Shown here: positions 23,505 to 36,014 of the stretch, piece by piece
Layout of the letters: every line of letters begins with the position of its first letter
How positions within the stretch are numbered: the stretch's first letter is position 1
NCBI RefSeq assembly: GCF_004010195.1
Contig: NC_057757.1
Location: forward strand, 5,078,416-5,127,760
DNA: 49,345 nt
Source of the DNA: Chiloscyllium plagiosum
Taxonomy: Eukaryota
Direction of reading: 5' to 3'
The notes under the pieces: model-generated
Told to the model about the DNA's origin: nothing
What the model saw: the letters and a program-made list of their open reading frames with translations, nothing else
The model's database searches: none
Translations under genes and position numbers: made by a program

Positions 23505-24170
23505 ATTTGATTTGATTTATTACTGTCACATGTACCAAAGTACAATGAACAGTTTTGTTTTGCATGCAGTACAGCGGATCATTTTCATACAAAGACACCA
23601 AGGTCATGGGGTGATTGAACAGAGCAAGGAATACAAAGTTATAGCTGCAAAGAAGGTGCACAAAAAGCAAAATCAACATGAGATTTGAAATTTTGAGATG
23701 TCCATCCAGAAGACTAATAACAGCTGTTCTTGAACCTATTGCTATGTATGTTCAAGCTTTTATATCTTCTGTCTGATGGAAGGGGCTTGAAGAGATTATT
23801 ACTGGGGTGTGAGAGGTTTTTAAGGGCTGCCTTACCACAGCAACGAGAAGTGTCGATGAAGTCAACGGATGAAAGGTTGGCTTGTGTGATCACAACTCTC
23901 TGTCGTCTCTTACGGTCCTGGGCAGAGCAGTTATTGTACCAAGCCATGATGCATTCACATAGACTGCTTTCTGTGGAGCATCTGTAAATGTTGGAGGGGG
24001 TCCTTATGGACATGCCAAATTTCCTTAGCCTCCTGAGAAAGAAGAGGTTGTTGCGCCTTCTTGATCATCGCATCAACGTGGGCAGTCCAGGGCAGGTTGT
24101 TGGTGATTGTCACTGCTAGGAATATGATGCTCTCGACCATCCCCACCTCAGCTCCATTGATGTAGATAAG
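23505..24170 (-). mobile_element. Rex1/Babar-type LINE 3' fragment
   Basis: IKKAQQ...; YRCSTESSLCECIMAWYNNCSAQDRKRRQRVV; LPSDRRYKSL; tail AATAAATCAAATCAAA. Confidence 0.7.
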
Positions 24171-25128
24171 GTCTGGGGCAGCCGCTGACAAGGCACAGTG
24201 GCCAAAGACCATCGCCTGAGATCTTTCAGCCAAAATTGAATGGGTGTGCGTTCAGTTATTGAAGCATGCCTCAAATATATGTAAGTCTAATCTTGCACAA
24301 GTAAAAGAGTTTGTTTACTGGATGGAGTCAAACTCCAATGTTTATTTGTTTCCTCATATTCTACTGTACAGAACCAAACTGCTTCAGTGACTCTGTGTGT
24401 GTGTGTGTGTGTGTGTGTATGTACGGAGATTATATTTATGAATAAAGTATATTTTGGAACTAAAGGAAAACCTAGTGATTAGTAAAACTGTGGCACTCAT
24501 TCCCATAGGAAATGGTTGAGGCAAATAACTTAGTTGCATTTCAGGGAACAAGGAGACTAGTTCATTATTAGAATTAGTGTAACAGATTTAAATGTGGGAA
24601 GCTGAGAGGGGCTCAAGTGGAGCACAAAAACCCAGCAAGGATGTTTTGGGCTGAATGGCCTCCTCCACTACCAGAGATCCTGTGCAGAACTGTGATAGAT
24701 TTTTGTGGGACGAGGAGCTAATTTGTGTTGATAAAGTTAGGGTGCAGATCAACCAGTGAATGGGGGAGCAGTTTGAGAGGTTACACCTGGTCCTGTGCTC
24801 AGACTGATAGGAGGCAGATAAATGTAATACCTGCAAAAGGACAATAAAACATGATTTGCACAGGCTTAGAAATGGAGTCGAGATGACTGAGAACATGATA
24901 ATCAGGCAAACACCTCGCATTGAGAAGGATTCTTTACATCAAACCCACTCTGATAAAACTTACTTAGCTTCCTCTATCCATCCTGTCCCAACCCACCCAC
25001 TCCCTCCTGCGTTGTTGTGCATGTTCGTGATTTTCTAGTTGTAAGTATGGAAAAATGGAAAAGGTAAGGCACAGGCAGAGGATATCCAGCCTAACCCAAC
25101 TTCCAGCCTTGCTCCCATATCCCTATAG

Positions 25129-25325
25129 ACATGATGTGGAGGAGCCAGTTTTGGACTGGGGTGGTCAAACTTAAAGATTACAGGTTATAGTCCAACAGGT
25201 TTATTTGGAAGTACTAGCTTTCAGAGCGCTGCTCCTAGTTACCTGATGAAGCAGCAGTGTTCTGAAAGCTGGTACTTCCAAATAAACCTGTTGGACTATA
25301 ACCTGGTGCTGTGTGATTTTTAACT
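25129..25325 (+). mobile_element. Second short Penelope-like family copy, inverted arms, 12-bp TSD
   Basis: TSD ATATCCCTATAG at 25117-25128 and 25326-25337; arms CAGGTTATAGTCCAACAGGTTTATTTGGAAGTAC / GTACTTCCAAATAAACCTGTTGGACTATAACCTG; CTGATGA...GAAAG core near 25243-25267. Confidence 0.7.
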
Positions 25326-25539
25326 ATATCCCTATAGGTTAGAGCACAGAAAGTGAATATCTAAGAACTTTTTAAATGCAGTGAGTGTTCCAGCCTCAAT
25401 CATCTTTTTGGACATTGGATTTCTAGATCCCCAACCTCTCAGTAAAACATTTCTCCTCAAATCTCCTCTAATCTTTATATTAAATTGCTTTAAATCTATC
25501 ACCAAAACTGATCTGGACCAGCCCCATAAATGTTATGGC

Positions 25540-26080
25540 TACCAAGAGTAGACTAGAGTGTCATGATTCTAAGGCAATTCACCTCCTGACTTCTGGAAGC
25601 CTGGCCAACATCCACAAGACATAAGTCAGGAGTGTGATGGAATATTTTCCATTTGCCTGGATGGATGCAGCTCCAACAACACTCAAGAAGCTCAACGCCA
25701 TCCAGGACAAAGCAACCCACTTGATTGTACCACATCCACCATTGACACATGGTAGCAGCAATGTGTACCATCAACATGATGCATTTTAGCAACTCACCCA
25801 GGCTCATTTGGCAGCAACTTCCAATCCCACAACCTCTACCATCCAGAAGGACAAGGGCAGCAGAGCACCAGCCCTTGCAAGCTCCCCTCTGAGCCACACA
25901 GTATCCTGACTTGGAAATACATTGCGTTTCTTCACCGTCACTGCATCAAAATCCTGGGACTCACTCCCTAGCTGCACTGTACCAAATGGACTACAGCATT
26001 TCAAGAAGGTAGCTCACGATCACCTTCTCAAGAGCAATTAGAGATTAATAAGCAATAAATGTTGGCCCAGCCAGTAACTC
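25540..26080 (+). mobile_element. CR1/L2-group LINE 3' fragment (second family)
   Basis: VRSVMEYFPFAWMDAAPTTLKKLNAIQDKA-like frame. Related pieces at 27676-28050, 29700-30440 (-) and 48410-48790 (-). Confidence 0.7.
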
Positions 26081-26587
26081 CCATGTGATGTTAAAAATTT
26101 ACCAGCTAATGACTCTCTCAGCTAAGGGAAACAGGTCCTTCCTATCCATTTTATTTCACACTATTCCAGATTGCAATTTTCTTTTAATTAAACCACTCAC
26201 TATTTAATGGAAAATTGAACAATGCTCATCTTCTTAATAACAGCTAAACCAATATCGTTTTACATAATTAAATATATCTTTATTAACCAATCAGGGTCTT
26301 GTACATCTCCAGGTTATAAAACAGGCAGGTAATTATAATGATAGATTGTGCTAATTGGCATCAATCATTCCTGGAATTCCACTGCTGTCGGGAATGGGAT
26401 TGAATCTACACTCAGATTATGTATTATGTAACTATTCCCTACTGGCTGTATTTCACTGGAAAAACTATCCTGCTTTTACTGGATGGCTTTAGCTGCAGTT
26501 ACTGTCATGACTTACATTTTTGTAAGGTGTCTAGACTGCTCTAGCATGTGGTTTTGTTTGTGACCGCTGCTTACCCGATGGGCCAAA

Positions 26588-27092
26588 GGGTCTTTGACCT
26601 CTCTGAACTAGATTAGAGCAGTGCTGGAAAAGCACAGCAGGTCAGGCAGCATCCGAGGAGCAAGAAAATCGACGTTTCGGGCAAAAGAACTGTCAACATG
26701 AATCACAGTAACCTCATCTCTTTGATATTCAACAGCATTACCATTGTTGAATCTCCAATTATCAACGTCTTGGAGACTGGGCAGGGGCTTAGTACTGATC
26801 AGAAATGTAACTAAACCATCTGCATAGGAAGGATGTGGAGGCACTGGAACGGGGGTCTTTGACCTCTCTGAACTAGATTAGAGCGGTGCTGGAAAAGCAC
26901 AGCAGGTCAGGCAGCATCCGAGAAGCAAGAAAATCGACGTTTCGGGCAAAAGAACTGTCAACACGAATCACAGTAACCTCATCTCTTTGATATTCAACAG
27001 CATTACCATTGTTGAATCTCCAATTATCAACGTCTTGGGGATTGGGCAGGGGCTTAGTACTGATCAGAAATGTAACTAAACCATCTGCATAG
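26588..27092 (+). repeat. Direct duplication, two ~240-bp copies, period 265
   Basis: 26588-26827 and 26853-27092 differ by about 5 substitutions, with a 25-bp spacer. Confidence 0.9.
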
Positions 27093-27204
27093 ATACTGTG
27101 GCTACATGTGCAAATCAAAGATTGGGAATCCTTCAGCGTGTAAATGACTTCCTGTCTCCCCAGAAGCCCATCATTCTCACCATCTACGAGACAGAGGTCA
27201 GGAA

Positions 27205-27675
27205 TATGCCTGGATGTTACTGGGACTTGAGGGTTTCAGCTACAGGGAGAGGCTGAACAGGTTGGGGCTATTTTGCTTAGAGTGTTGGAGGCTAAGGGAT
27301 GACTTTATTGAGGCTTATAACATCATGAGGGGCATGGGTAGAGTGAATAGCCAAAATCTTTTCCCCAGGGTAGGGGAGTCCAAAACTGGAGGGCATAGGT
27401 TTAAGGTGAGAGGGGAAAGATTTAAAAGGGACCTAAAGGACAACTTTTTCAGGCAGAAGGTGGTACGTGTATAGAATGAGCTGCCAGAGGAAGTGGTGGA
27501 GGCTGGTACAATTGCAACATTTAAAAGGCGCCTGCATGGGTATATGAATAGGAAGAATTTCAAGTGATATGACCAAATGCTGACAAATGAGACTAGATTA
27601 ATTTAGGATATCTGGTCAGCATGGACGGGTTGGACTGAAGGGTCTGTTTCTGTGCTGTACATCTCTATGACTCTG
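27205..27675 (+). mobile_element. CR1 LINE 3' fragment
   Basis: LEGFSYRERLNRLGLFCLE...GHRFKVRGERFKRDL. Confidence 0.9.
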
Positions 27676-29854
27676 ACTATCGAGGATGAAGCAGCCGACT
27701 CGTACGGCACCACATCCACAAACATCTATTCCCTCCACCACCGATGCACAATAGCAGCAGCGTGCACCAGTTCCAAGATGCACTGCAGAAATTTACCACA
27801 GCTCCTTCCATACCAAATTCCAAACTTGCAACTTTACAACCTAGAGAGAGAGAGAACAGCAGCGGATACATGGGAGCCCCAGCAATGACAGATTCCCTTC
27901 CAAGCCACACACCACCCTTCAGTGTCCCAGAACTCCCTTCCTAACAGTGCCACGCATTCTGCAACAGCTCAAGAAGACAGTTAACTACCACCTTTTCCAG
28001 AGGCAATTGGGGATGGGCAACAAATTCTGGCCTAATCAACAATACCCACATCCCACTAATTAACTCTGGGAAATAAACAGACTTCAGAATAGATTGACTG
28101 CTGTGAGTTTTTCTACCTATCTCTTAGTCATCAGTTGGCACACTGTTGTCAACAGATGTACTAGTGAGCTGGCCCTCAATTCACCAAAAGCCTTACTGAA
28201 AACGGGGTTGGTGAGCATTGTATTCACAATTTTGGCAGTTAGATTAATTAAACCATTCGTATAAATCTCCTTTGAGAGCAGTTGTATCAGGGGTCCATAC
28301 CAGAAAGCATTAATTTGTTGTTGTGACCAATTCCCTCTGCATGTCAACTCCGGGAAACAACTAAAAATCCTTTTGCCCCACCACTACCTTCAAGGATCTT
28401 GGGAATCCATACAGGAAAGCTAACACTGAATCAGTAAAAGGCTTTTCTAACGCATGAAAGTGTCAATTTATATTTTAAAAGTTATTACAAAACTCACTCT
28501 AACCACAACTGGTGATGCAAACAACAGTGTCCTTCAACAATCTCCAAAATTCAACAGATTTCTTCTCAAATCTCCCCTGATTTTTCTACCAATTACTTTC
28601 AATCTATCACCAAAACTGAACTGGATATCAATACTGTGGCTACCAAGTCTTTGTAATTCTGAGGCAATTCATTTCCTGAACCCCTCAAAACTACCAATGT
28701 CCAGTCAGCAAAAAAGATGACAATTCATAGGGTTGACCAGCAAGAGTAAGGGAAACGAGTAAGGGACTCATTTATCGTTAAGACTGTATAAGATAGGAGC
28801 AGGAGACGGCCATTTTGTCCCTTGTTCCGCCATTCTATATGATCGTGGCTCACTTGATTGTGGCCTCAATGCCACTTTCCCATCTGTCCTCCCATAAATC
28901 CTGAAAACTCCTGACCAGCAACAATCTGTTTAATTCAGCCTTGAGTAGAACCGATGACTCGGCCTCAACCAGACTCCAGAAGGTTCCACAAAGGAGAAGT
29001 TTGGAACTGTTTTGATGTTTGCTTACCATTGTTGGGTTAAAAATCCAGGACGTCACTCCATCACAGCACTATCTGGGTATCCCTAGCCCTCAAGGAATGC
29101 AGAAGATCAAGAAGGCAGCTCACCACACACTTCCTGAAGGGCAATTAGGACAGGCAATAAGTGCTGACCCAGCCAGCATTGCCCACATCTCCCGAACAAA
29201 TGAAACAATAATATTAACTATTCTCTGAGAAGAAATTTCCTCTAGCTCCATCGCAAATGGGAGGCTCCTTGTTTGAAAACAGTGTGGTACACTCTCCCAA
29301 CGAGGGGAAACAGCATCTACCCAGTCCAGTTGACTCAGAATCTTATGCATTTCAATAAAACCATCTGCCATTTTTCTAAACTCCAACAACAGTTCCTCAT
29401 AACCCTTCACCTCAGCAGTCAGCCAATTGAAGGTTTGCCAAACTGCAATTAGAAAGTTCTTGCATAGGTCCGATGGGCCGAATGGCTACATGATCCACCA
29501 TGACTGCTTGCAGCTCAGTCTTGCACAATTTGGATGCGCAGTTCACAATGCCATCATTTGGAAATCCTATCCTGAAACCTGGACTGATCATTGAATCAAA
29601 AAATCCCTCCCACCCCCTCAAAACAAAGTCTAAATTCCCAACTTTCTGTGGGGGTGTTTGTTACCTGTGTGAGAAGGTCAATATGACACAGGCATAGTGG
29701 ACTGGGAATCAGAGTTATTCACTGCAGAATTACCAATCTCTGATCTGTTCTTGTAGCCACAGTGTTTATATGGCTGGTCCAGTTCAGTTTCTGGGTCAAT
29801 GGTAGCCCCGTTGAGAGTCGAGGATTCTGGGACAACCATACCACTGAATGTCAA

Positions 29855-30045
29855 GACCTGGGGGGTACCGGTGTTGGACTGAGGTGAACAAAGTTAAAAA
29901 TCACATAACACCAGGTTTATTTGAAAGCACTAGCACCGTTCCTTCATCAGGTTAAACAACCACCTGATGAAGGAGCAGCGCTCTGAAAGTTAGTGCATCC
30001 AAATAAACCTGTTGGATTATAACCTGGTGTTGTGTGATTTTTAAT
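29855..30045 (+). mobile_element. Second short Penelope-like family copy with hammerhead-like core
   Basis: CACCTGATGAAGGAGCAGCGCTCTGAAAGTTAGTG near 29961-29995; inverted ends; imperfect TSD TGAATGTC(A/G)AG. Confidence 0.65.
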
Positions 30046-30614
30046 TGAATGTCGAGGGGGGGGGCGATGATTAGATTCTCTTTTGCTGGGAACGGGCATT
30101 GCCTCAGCACAGGTGTGGCATAAATGTTATTGGCCACCTATCAGTCCAGGCCAGGATATTGACCAGGTCTTGCCCCCTGTGGACGTGGAGTGCTCCTGTA
30201 ACTGGGGAATGGAACTGTACACTGCATGTGATCACCAGCCGAAGGTACCCACCCTCAGACCTGGTGGAAAGGCCGCTGATGGAGAAGCTGAAGATGGAAC
30301 CTCAACCTGAGCAACTCCTGCAGCAATGGGATGGAGCCAACTGACCTCCAACAACCACAACGATTTCCTTTTTGTTCAACCCATCCAGCAGAGAGTCGCT
30401 ACCGAATTCAATGATAGAATTTAGCTGCACTTTTGATCGAGAGCTGGATGGAGAAACAGTGTCACCGTGTGGCGAGACTGAGAACAGCAAGCACTACAAC
30501 AACATCTTGCATCTTAGCAGCATCTCCAACAGAATGGAGGGAGGAAAGCTCAGATTCCGACGGGCAAAGGCATGCTTGTTGACAGGGGAGGGGTGAAGTG
30601 GGAGATGTGACATT

Positions 30615-31285
30615 GGCGGCACCGTGGCTCAGTGGTTAGCATTGCTGCTTCACGGCACCAGGGACCCGGGTTCAATTCCACCCTCAGGAGACTCGCTGTG
30701 TGGAGTTTGCGTGCTCTTCCCATGTCTGTGTGGGCTTCCTCCAGTGTTTCATCCCACAATCCAAAGATGTGCAGTTTACGGTGGATTGGCCTCACTAATT
30801 GCCCATAGCGTCCAGGGATGTGCAGGTTAGGGTGGATTGGCCTTGCTAAACTGTCCCATAGTGTCCAGGGATGTGCAGGTTAGAGTGGGTTGGCCTTGCT
30901 AAACTGTCCCATAGTGTCCAGGAATGTGCAGGATAGGGTGGATTGGCCGTGCTAAATTGTCCCGTATTGTCCAGGGATGTGCAGGTTAGAGTGGATTGGC
31001 CGTGCTAAACTGTCCCATAGTGTCCAGGAATGTGCAGGATAGGGTGGATTGGCCACGCTAAGTTGCCCCATAGTGCCAAGGGATGTGCTGGTTAGGGTGG
31101 ATTGGCCACGCTAAGTTGCCTATAGTGTCCAGAGATGTGCAGGTTAGGTGGACTAGCCATGGGAAATGCAGGTTACGGGGATAAGGTAGGAGAATGGGTC
31201 TGGGTGGGATGCTCTTCAGGGGGTTGATGTGACTCAATGGGCTGAATGGTCTGCTTCCACTCCGTAGAGAAACTATGATTCTATT
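30615..31285 (+). mobile_element. HE1-like SINE with internal 53-bp tandem expansion
   Basis: Head GGCGGCACCGTGGCTCAGTGGTTAGC...GGTTCAATTCC; about 7 copies of GGTGGATTGGCC..GCTAAA.TGTCCCATAGTGTCCAGGGATGTGCAGGTTAG at 30780-31160; normal tail. Confidence 0.85.
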
Positions 31286-31500
31286 CCAGACACAGCATTG
31301 GGGGAACAGGGGTGGAGAGAGGGCAGCTGGGTGGAATGCAAGAGGTGAGTGACAGATTCATTTGCAACATGGTTTTCTCTGGCTTTTTCAGTAGTGGCTC
31401 CTGTCAATGGGAAGGCAAAGTGATCACTCTAGCAGTGTTCAATCAAGGCAGGGCTGGAGGGAGATTCCAACATCCAGGCATTGCCACGCTCCTTTAGCCT

Positions 31501-31620
31501 TCAGCTCTCCTTGGCACCTTCGTTGTGGATCAGGGTGATATTCTGAGGCAGGTCCTCCTCCTTGGAAAAGCTCCCCCTGGTAGAAGTCCCCTTCACACAG
31601 CTTTCAACCGCTGCCTTCAG
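31501..31620 (-). CDS. CLC chloride channel terminal coding exon
   Basis: Acceptor GCTTCTCTCCAG|CTG. Encodes LKAAVESCVKGTSTRGSFSKEEDLPQNITLIHNEGAKES then TGA (compare CLCN2 LRKAIEGSV). Confidence 0.85.
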   Translation of the reverse strand: MKAAVESCVKGTSTRGSFSKEEDLPQNITLIHNEGAKES

Positions 31621-31665
31621 CTGGAGAGAAGCACAAGGGAGTCACAGCGAGTAGCAGCACTCCAT

Positions 31666-33040
31666 GTGGTACAGTACTGGTGGGGACAGGTCTGTCACTG
31701 TATAACACTGGGGTACAGTACTGGTGGGGACAGGTCTGTCACTGTATAACGCTGGGGTACAGTACTGGTGGGGACAGGTCTGTCACTGTATAACACTGGG
31801 GTACAGTACTGGTGGGGACAGGTCTGTCCCTGTCTAACACTAGGGTATAGTACTGGTGGGGACAGGTCTGTCCCTCTCTAACACTGGGGTACAGTACTGG
31901 TGGGGACAGGTCTGTCACTGTATAACACTGGGGTACAGTACCGGGGGGGACAGGTCTGTCCCTGTCTAACACTGGGATACAGTACTAGTGGGGACAGGTC
32001 TGTCACTGTATAACATGGGGTACAGTACTGGTGGGGACAGGTCTGTCCCTGTATAACACTGGGGTACAATACTGGTGGGGACAGAGGTGTCACTGTATAA
32101 CACTGGGGTACAATACTGGTGGGGACAGAGGTGTCCCTGTCTAACACTGGGGTACAGTACTGGTGGGGACAGAGGTGTCCCTGTCTAACACTGGGATACA
32201 GTACTGGTGGGGACAGGTCTGTCACTGTATAACACTGGGGTACAGTACTGGTGGGAACAGGTCTGTCTCTGTTTAACACGGGTACAGTACTGGTGGGGAC
32301 AGATGTGTCACTGTTTAACACGGGTATACAGTACTGGTGGGGACANNNNNNNNNNNNNNNNNNNNNNNNNNNNNNNNNNNNNNNNNNNNNNNNNNNNNNN
32401 NNNNNNNNNNNNNNNNNNNNNNNNNNNNNNNNNNNNNNNNNNNNNNNNNNNNNNNNNNNNNNNNNNNNNNNNNNNNNNNNNNNNNTCTGTCACTGTATAA
32501 CACTGGGGGACAGGTCTGTCACTGTATAACACTGGGGTACAGTACTGGTGGGGACAGGTCTGTCACTGTATGACACTGGGGTACAGTACTGGTGGGAACA
32601 GGTCTGTCACTGTATAACACTGGGGTACAGTACTGGTGGGAACAGGTCTGTCACTGTATAACACGGGTACAGTACAGGTGGGAACAGGTCTGTCACTGTA
32701 TAACACTGGGGTACAGTACTGGTGGGGACAGGCCTGTCACTGTATAACACTGGGGTACAGTACTGGTGGGGACAGGTATGTCACTGTATAACACTGGGGT
32801 ACAGTACTGGTGGGAACAGGTCTGTCACTGTATAACACTGGGGTACAGTACTGGTGGGAACAGGTCTGTCACTGTTTAACACGGGTACAGTACTGGTGGG
32901 GACAGATGTGTCACTGTATAACACGGGTACAGTACTGGTGGGAACAGGTCTGTCACTGTATAACACTGGGGTACAGTACTGGTGGGGACTGGTCTGTTGC
33001 TCTGTAACACTGAGGTACAGTACTTGTGTGGATGGGTCTG
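31666..33040. repeat. 44-bp minisatellite array (spans assembly gap)
   Basis: Unit GGGGTACAGTACTGGTGGGGACAGGTCTGTCACTGTATAACACT, with more than 25 visible copies. Confidence 0.95.
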
Positions 33041-33787
33041 TTACTAAATACCTGATTAGGTTCTGTGAATTTATGTTCTATGATGTACGTGAACTTGGTG
33101 AGGAGGTGGAACAAAAGCCATTTGACATGTTACAGCTGGTAATGGGCTGGTAATATTGAGCTCCAGAAGCCTCTCGCACTGACCTCGATTGTTCGATTTT
33201 CAGGGATAGGACAGTCTAATCCCAGGTTGTGTGACACTCCAGTGCATCTCCACACAGGGAGTGCTGTGGAAGAATATCCGGCCAGCTGTGGAATTGCGTG
33301 TAATTTAAATTAACTGCAATACACCCTGATGCAGTCACAATCACCTCCGGCCATGCCTTGTCTGCAAACCTTTAGTTTGCTTTGTAAATTACTGTGTGAA
33401 TGTCCATCCTGATCATTAACTCTTGATCTATCTCCATTACGCTCCCAAAGATTTGATTCAAATATTTTACTTGTACTCATCAGGACTGATGCAAGAATAC
33501 CAAATATCAGCAGTAGCAATGAGTTCTACTGCATGAGAAAAGGGTACTAATTGGTTTGGCAGGTTAACTCAGGTTGATCGAGGCATACTGTGTAAATATT
33601 GCCCCCCATGCTTTTATTTAATTCAGAGAATGGAACTGGACATGGTCATTTTGCACAGGTCCCCGTGTAGGAACATTCACAGTTGTAGCAACCATATCAG
33701 ACTGTATTCCACCTGATGGTGTCGTTCAGTGGGTAGCACAATTGCCTCTGAGACAGGTGACTGAGGTTTGAGTCCCAATCCAGAGAC

Positions 33788-34635
33788 TCAGTTCTGGTCA
33801 CCCTGGATATTATTAAATTGGAGAGGGCTCAGAAAAGATTTACCGGGAAATTGGCAGGAATGGAGGGTCTGAGTTATAAAAATAGGCTGGGACGTTTTTC
33901 ACTGGAGCATAGGAGGGGTGACCTTATAGAGGTTGATAAAGTCATGAGGGGCATGGATAAGATGAATAGCACGGATGGGGGAGTTCTAAACTAGGAGGCA
34001 TAATTTTAAGGTGAGAAGGGAAAGATTTAAAAAGGACATGGGGGCAACATTTTTTTTAACACAGAGAGTGGTTTGTATGTGGAATGAGCTTCCAGAAGAA
34101 GTGGTGGATGCAGGTACAGTTACAACATTTAAAAAGGGGTGGCACGGTGGCTCAGTGGTTAGCACTGCTGCCTCACAGCGCCAGGGACTAGGTTCGATTC
34201 CAGCCTTGGGTGACTGTCTGTGTGGAGTTTGCACATTCTCCCCGTGTTTGCATGGGTTTCCTCCGGGTGCTCCGGTTTCCTTCCATGGTCCAAAGATGTA
34301 CAGGTTAGGTGAACTGGCCATGCTAAATTGCCCAGAGTGTTTGGTGCATTAGTCAGGGTAAATATAGGGTAGCGGAATGGGTCTGGGTGGGTTACTTTTC
34401 AGAGGGTCGGTGTGGACTTTCTGGGCTGAAGGGCTGTTTCCACACTGTAGGGGATCTCATTTAAAATACTTTTGGATCAGTACATGAATAATCGAGAGTG
34501 TGGTGCTGGAAAAGCACAACGGGTCAGGTAGCAGCCAAGGAACAGGAGAATCGACGTTTTGGGCATAAGCCCTTCATCAGGACTACTGGTTGGGCCAAAG
34601 GGTCTGTTTCTGTGCTGTATGACCCTATGACTTGA
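33788..34635 (+). mobile_element. CR1 3' fragment interrupted by a SINE and a Penelope-like piece (34490-34582)
   Basis: RERFKKDMGATFFLTQRVVCMWNELPEEVV; resumes after the SINE; tail CTATGACCCTATGAC-like. Confidence 0.8.
34135..34457 (+). mobile_element. HE1-like SINE inserted in CR1 with 9-bp TSD
   Basis: TSD CATTTAAAA at 34126-34134 and 34458-34466; intact A box TGGCTCAGTGG and B box GGTTCGATTCC. Confidence 0.85.
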
Positions 34636-35075
34636 CAACATTAGGGCTGACTGTCCTGGCTTGGAGTTGCTGCTCCTGCCTTTGGGATGACATTAAATGG
34701 AGGGCCCTGCCTAGTCTTTGAGATGGTTGTAAATAAACAATCCCCTGGCTGCTACTTGAAAGAAGAGCAAGTAAGTAGCCAATCCTGTACTTCTCGTTCA
34801 GCATCAGTCATGGCTTATCTTGTCAATATTGCACAGCTGTCTGCGGGATCTCACTGTGTACAAACAGCCTGCTCTGTTTCACACACTGCAGCAATAAACA
34901 CGCTTCAAAAGCACCTCATGGGTGGCCGCTGTAAAGCCCACTGAGGGCTCTATAGACTGTGAGAGGCGATATACAAGTGCAGGTTTTTCATTTTGTGAAC
35001 CTCTACAATCTTGAATCACAGTATCTGGGGAAAGTCCCTGAGGGATGCCGGATACAGATTGCTGCCTTCCCTTAC

Positions 35076-35162
35076 CTCTTTCAGAGCAACGACACCAACA
35101 AGTCTTCCAGTTGACGTCACGTAGGCTATCCTCAGTCCCAGGAGATTGAAGAGGTCGTAACA
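35076..35162 (-). CDS. CLC chloride channel exon, CBS2 core (87 nt)
   Basis: Acceptor CCTTTGATTTCAG|TGT; donor GAG|GTAAGG. CYDLFNLLGLRIAYVTSTGRLVGVVALKE aligns with CLCN2 [29 protein letters not shown]. Confidence 0.92.
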
Positions 35163-36014
35163 CTGAAATCAAAGGAGTGCTTTTATTCATTTATTTTTTT
35201 AAAAAGCAGATAAACAAAGTTCAACCATCACCCGAAATGAGCTTTGATGTTTGTCTCTCCAACACTTTTGTAGCTTCCATCTTATGTAACCCGTAATATA
35301 TATGTCTCTGCTGTGACATTCTGTCATATCAACTCCCATTCATCCATCATTCCTGACAGACCTAGACTGGCTTACCCCTCCCTGACTTAATCCCCTTGCT
35401 ACCTCTGCAATTTCTTCCATCTCCACTCCCCCTCCAACGAGATCTGTCCAGTTCTAGCCTAACAAACAGTCATCAATCCACCATTGACGGCCATCCCTTC
35501 AGCTGCCTGGGTGCTGAAATTTCCTTCTGAAAATTTTTCCCACTCTCTCTTCTCGTTGAAACCTCCTGCTTTTCACCACCTTTCCCGCCTGTTTCGGCAG
35601 ACAGCACTCCCTGTGAAGCACCTTGAGGATAGCTTCACAACATTAAAGGCGCTACATCGATGCAAGTCGGCATTGCTGTGCCTGAAGTTAATCAGTGATG
35701 GGTTGAAGGATTATGGGGAGCAGGCGGGAAAATAGAATTGATGCCAAGATGAGATCAGCCTTGACTGTATTAAACAGCACAGCAAGCTCGAGGGACTGAC
35801 TTGCCTACTCCTGGTCCTGGTTTCTATGTTCTTAATATTTACCCTAACAGACAAAACCCATTTATCCCCCAGTTACACTGACATTGTACAGTGAACTTAA
35901 AAAGACTTACAAGGGGGTGCCAGGCCCCCTACGGTGAGCGACACTGTGAAATAATTCTTTTTTGTAAAAATATTCTTTATTTATGAAATTTCTATAAGTA
36001 CAGCTCAAAACATA

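Larger units (their letters stand above)
22650..24460 (+). mobile_element. Tx1/L1-clade LINE 3' fragment interrupted by other elements
   Basis: ETVTHLLLDCAFAKQTWKEMQWFLS (CCHC-region motif); ends with ATTTATGAATAAAGTATATTTTGG. Confidence 0.6.

Noticed and set aside
31666..33040. Regular repeat arrays as a CRISPR-like locus or coding repeats
   Set aside because: Head-to-tail units without unique spacers in a vertebrate intron; ordinary minisatellite. The same applies to 39340-39995.
34139..34205. tRNA gene
   Set aside because: The A and B boxes belong to the head of a tRNA-derived SINE that continues into the family core and tail.
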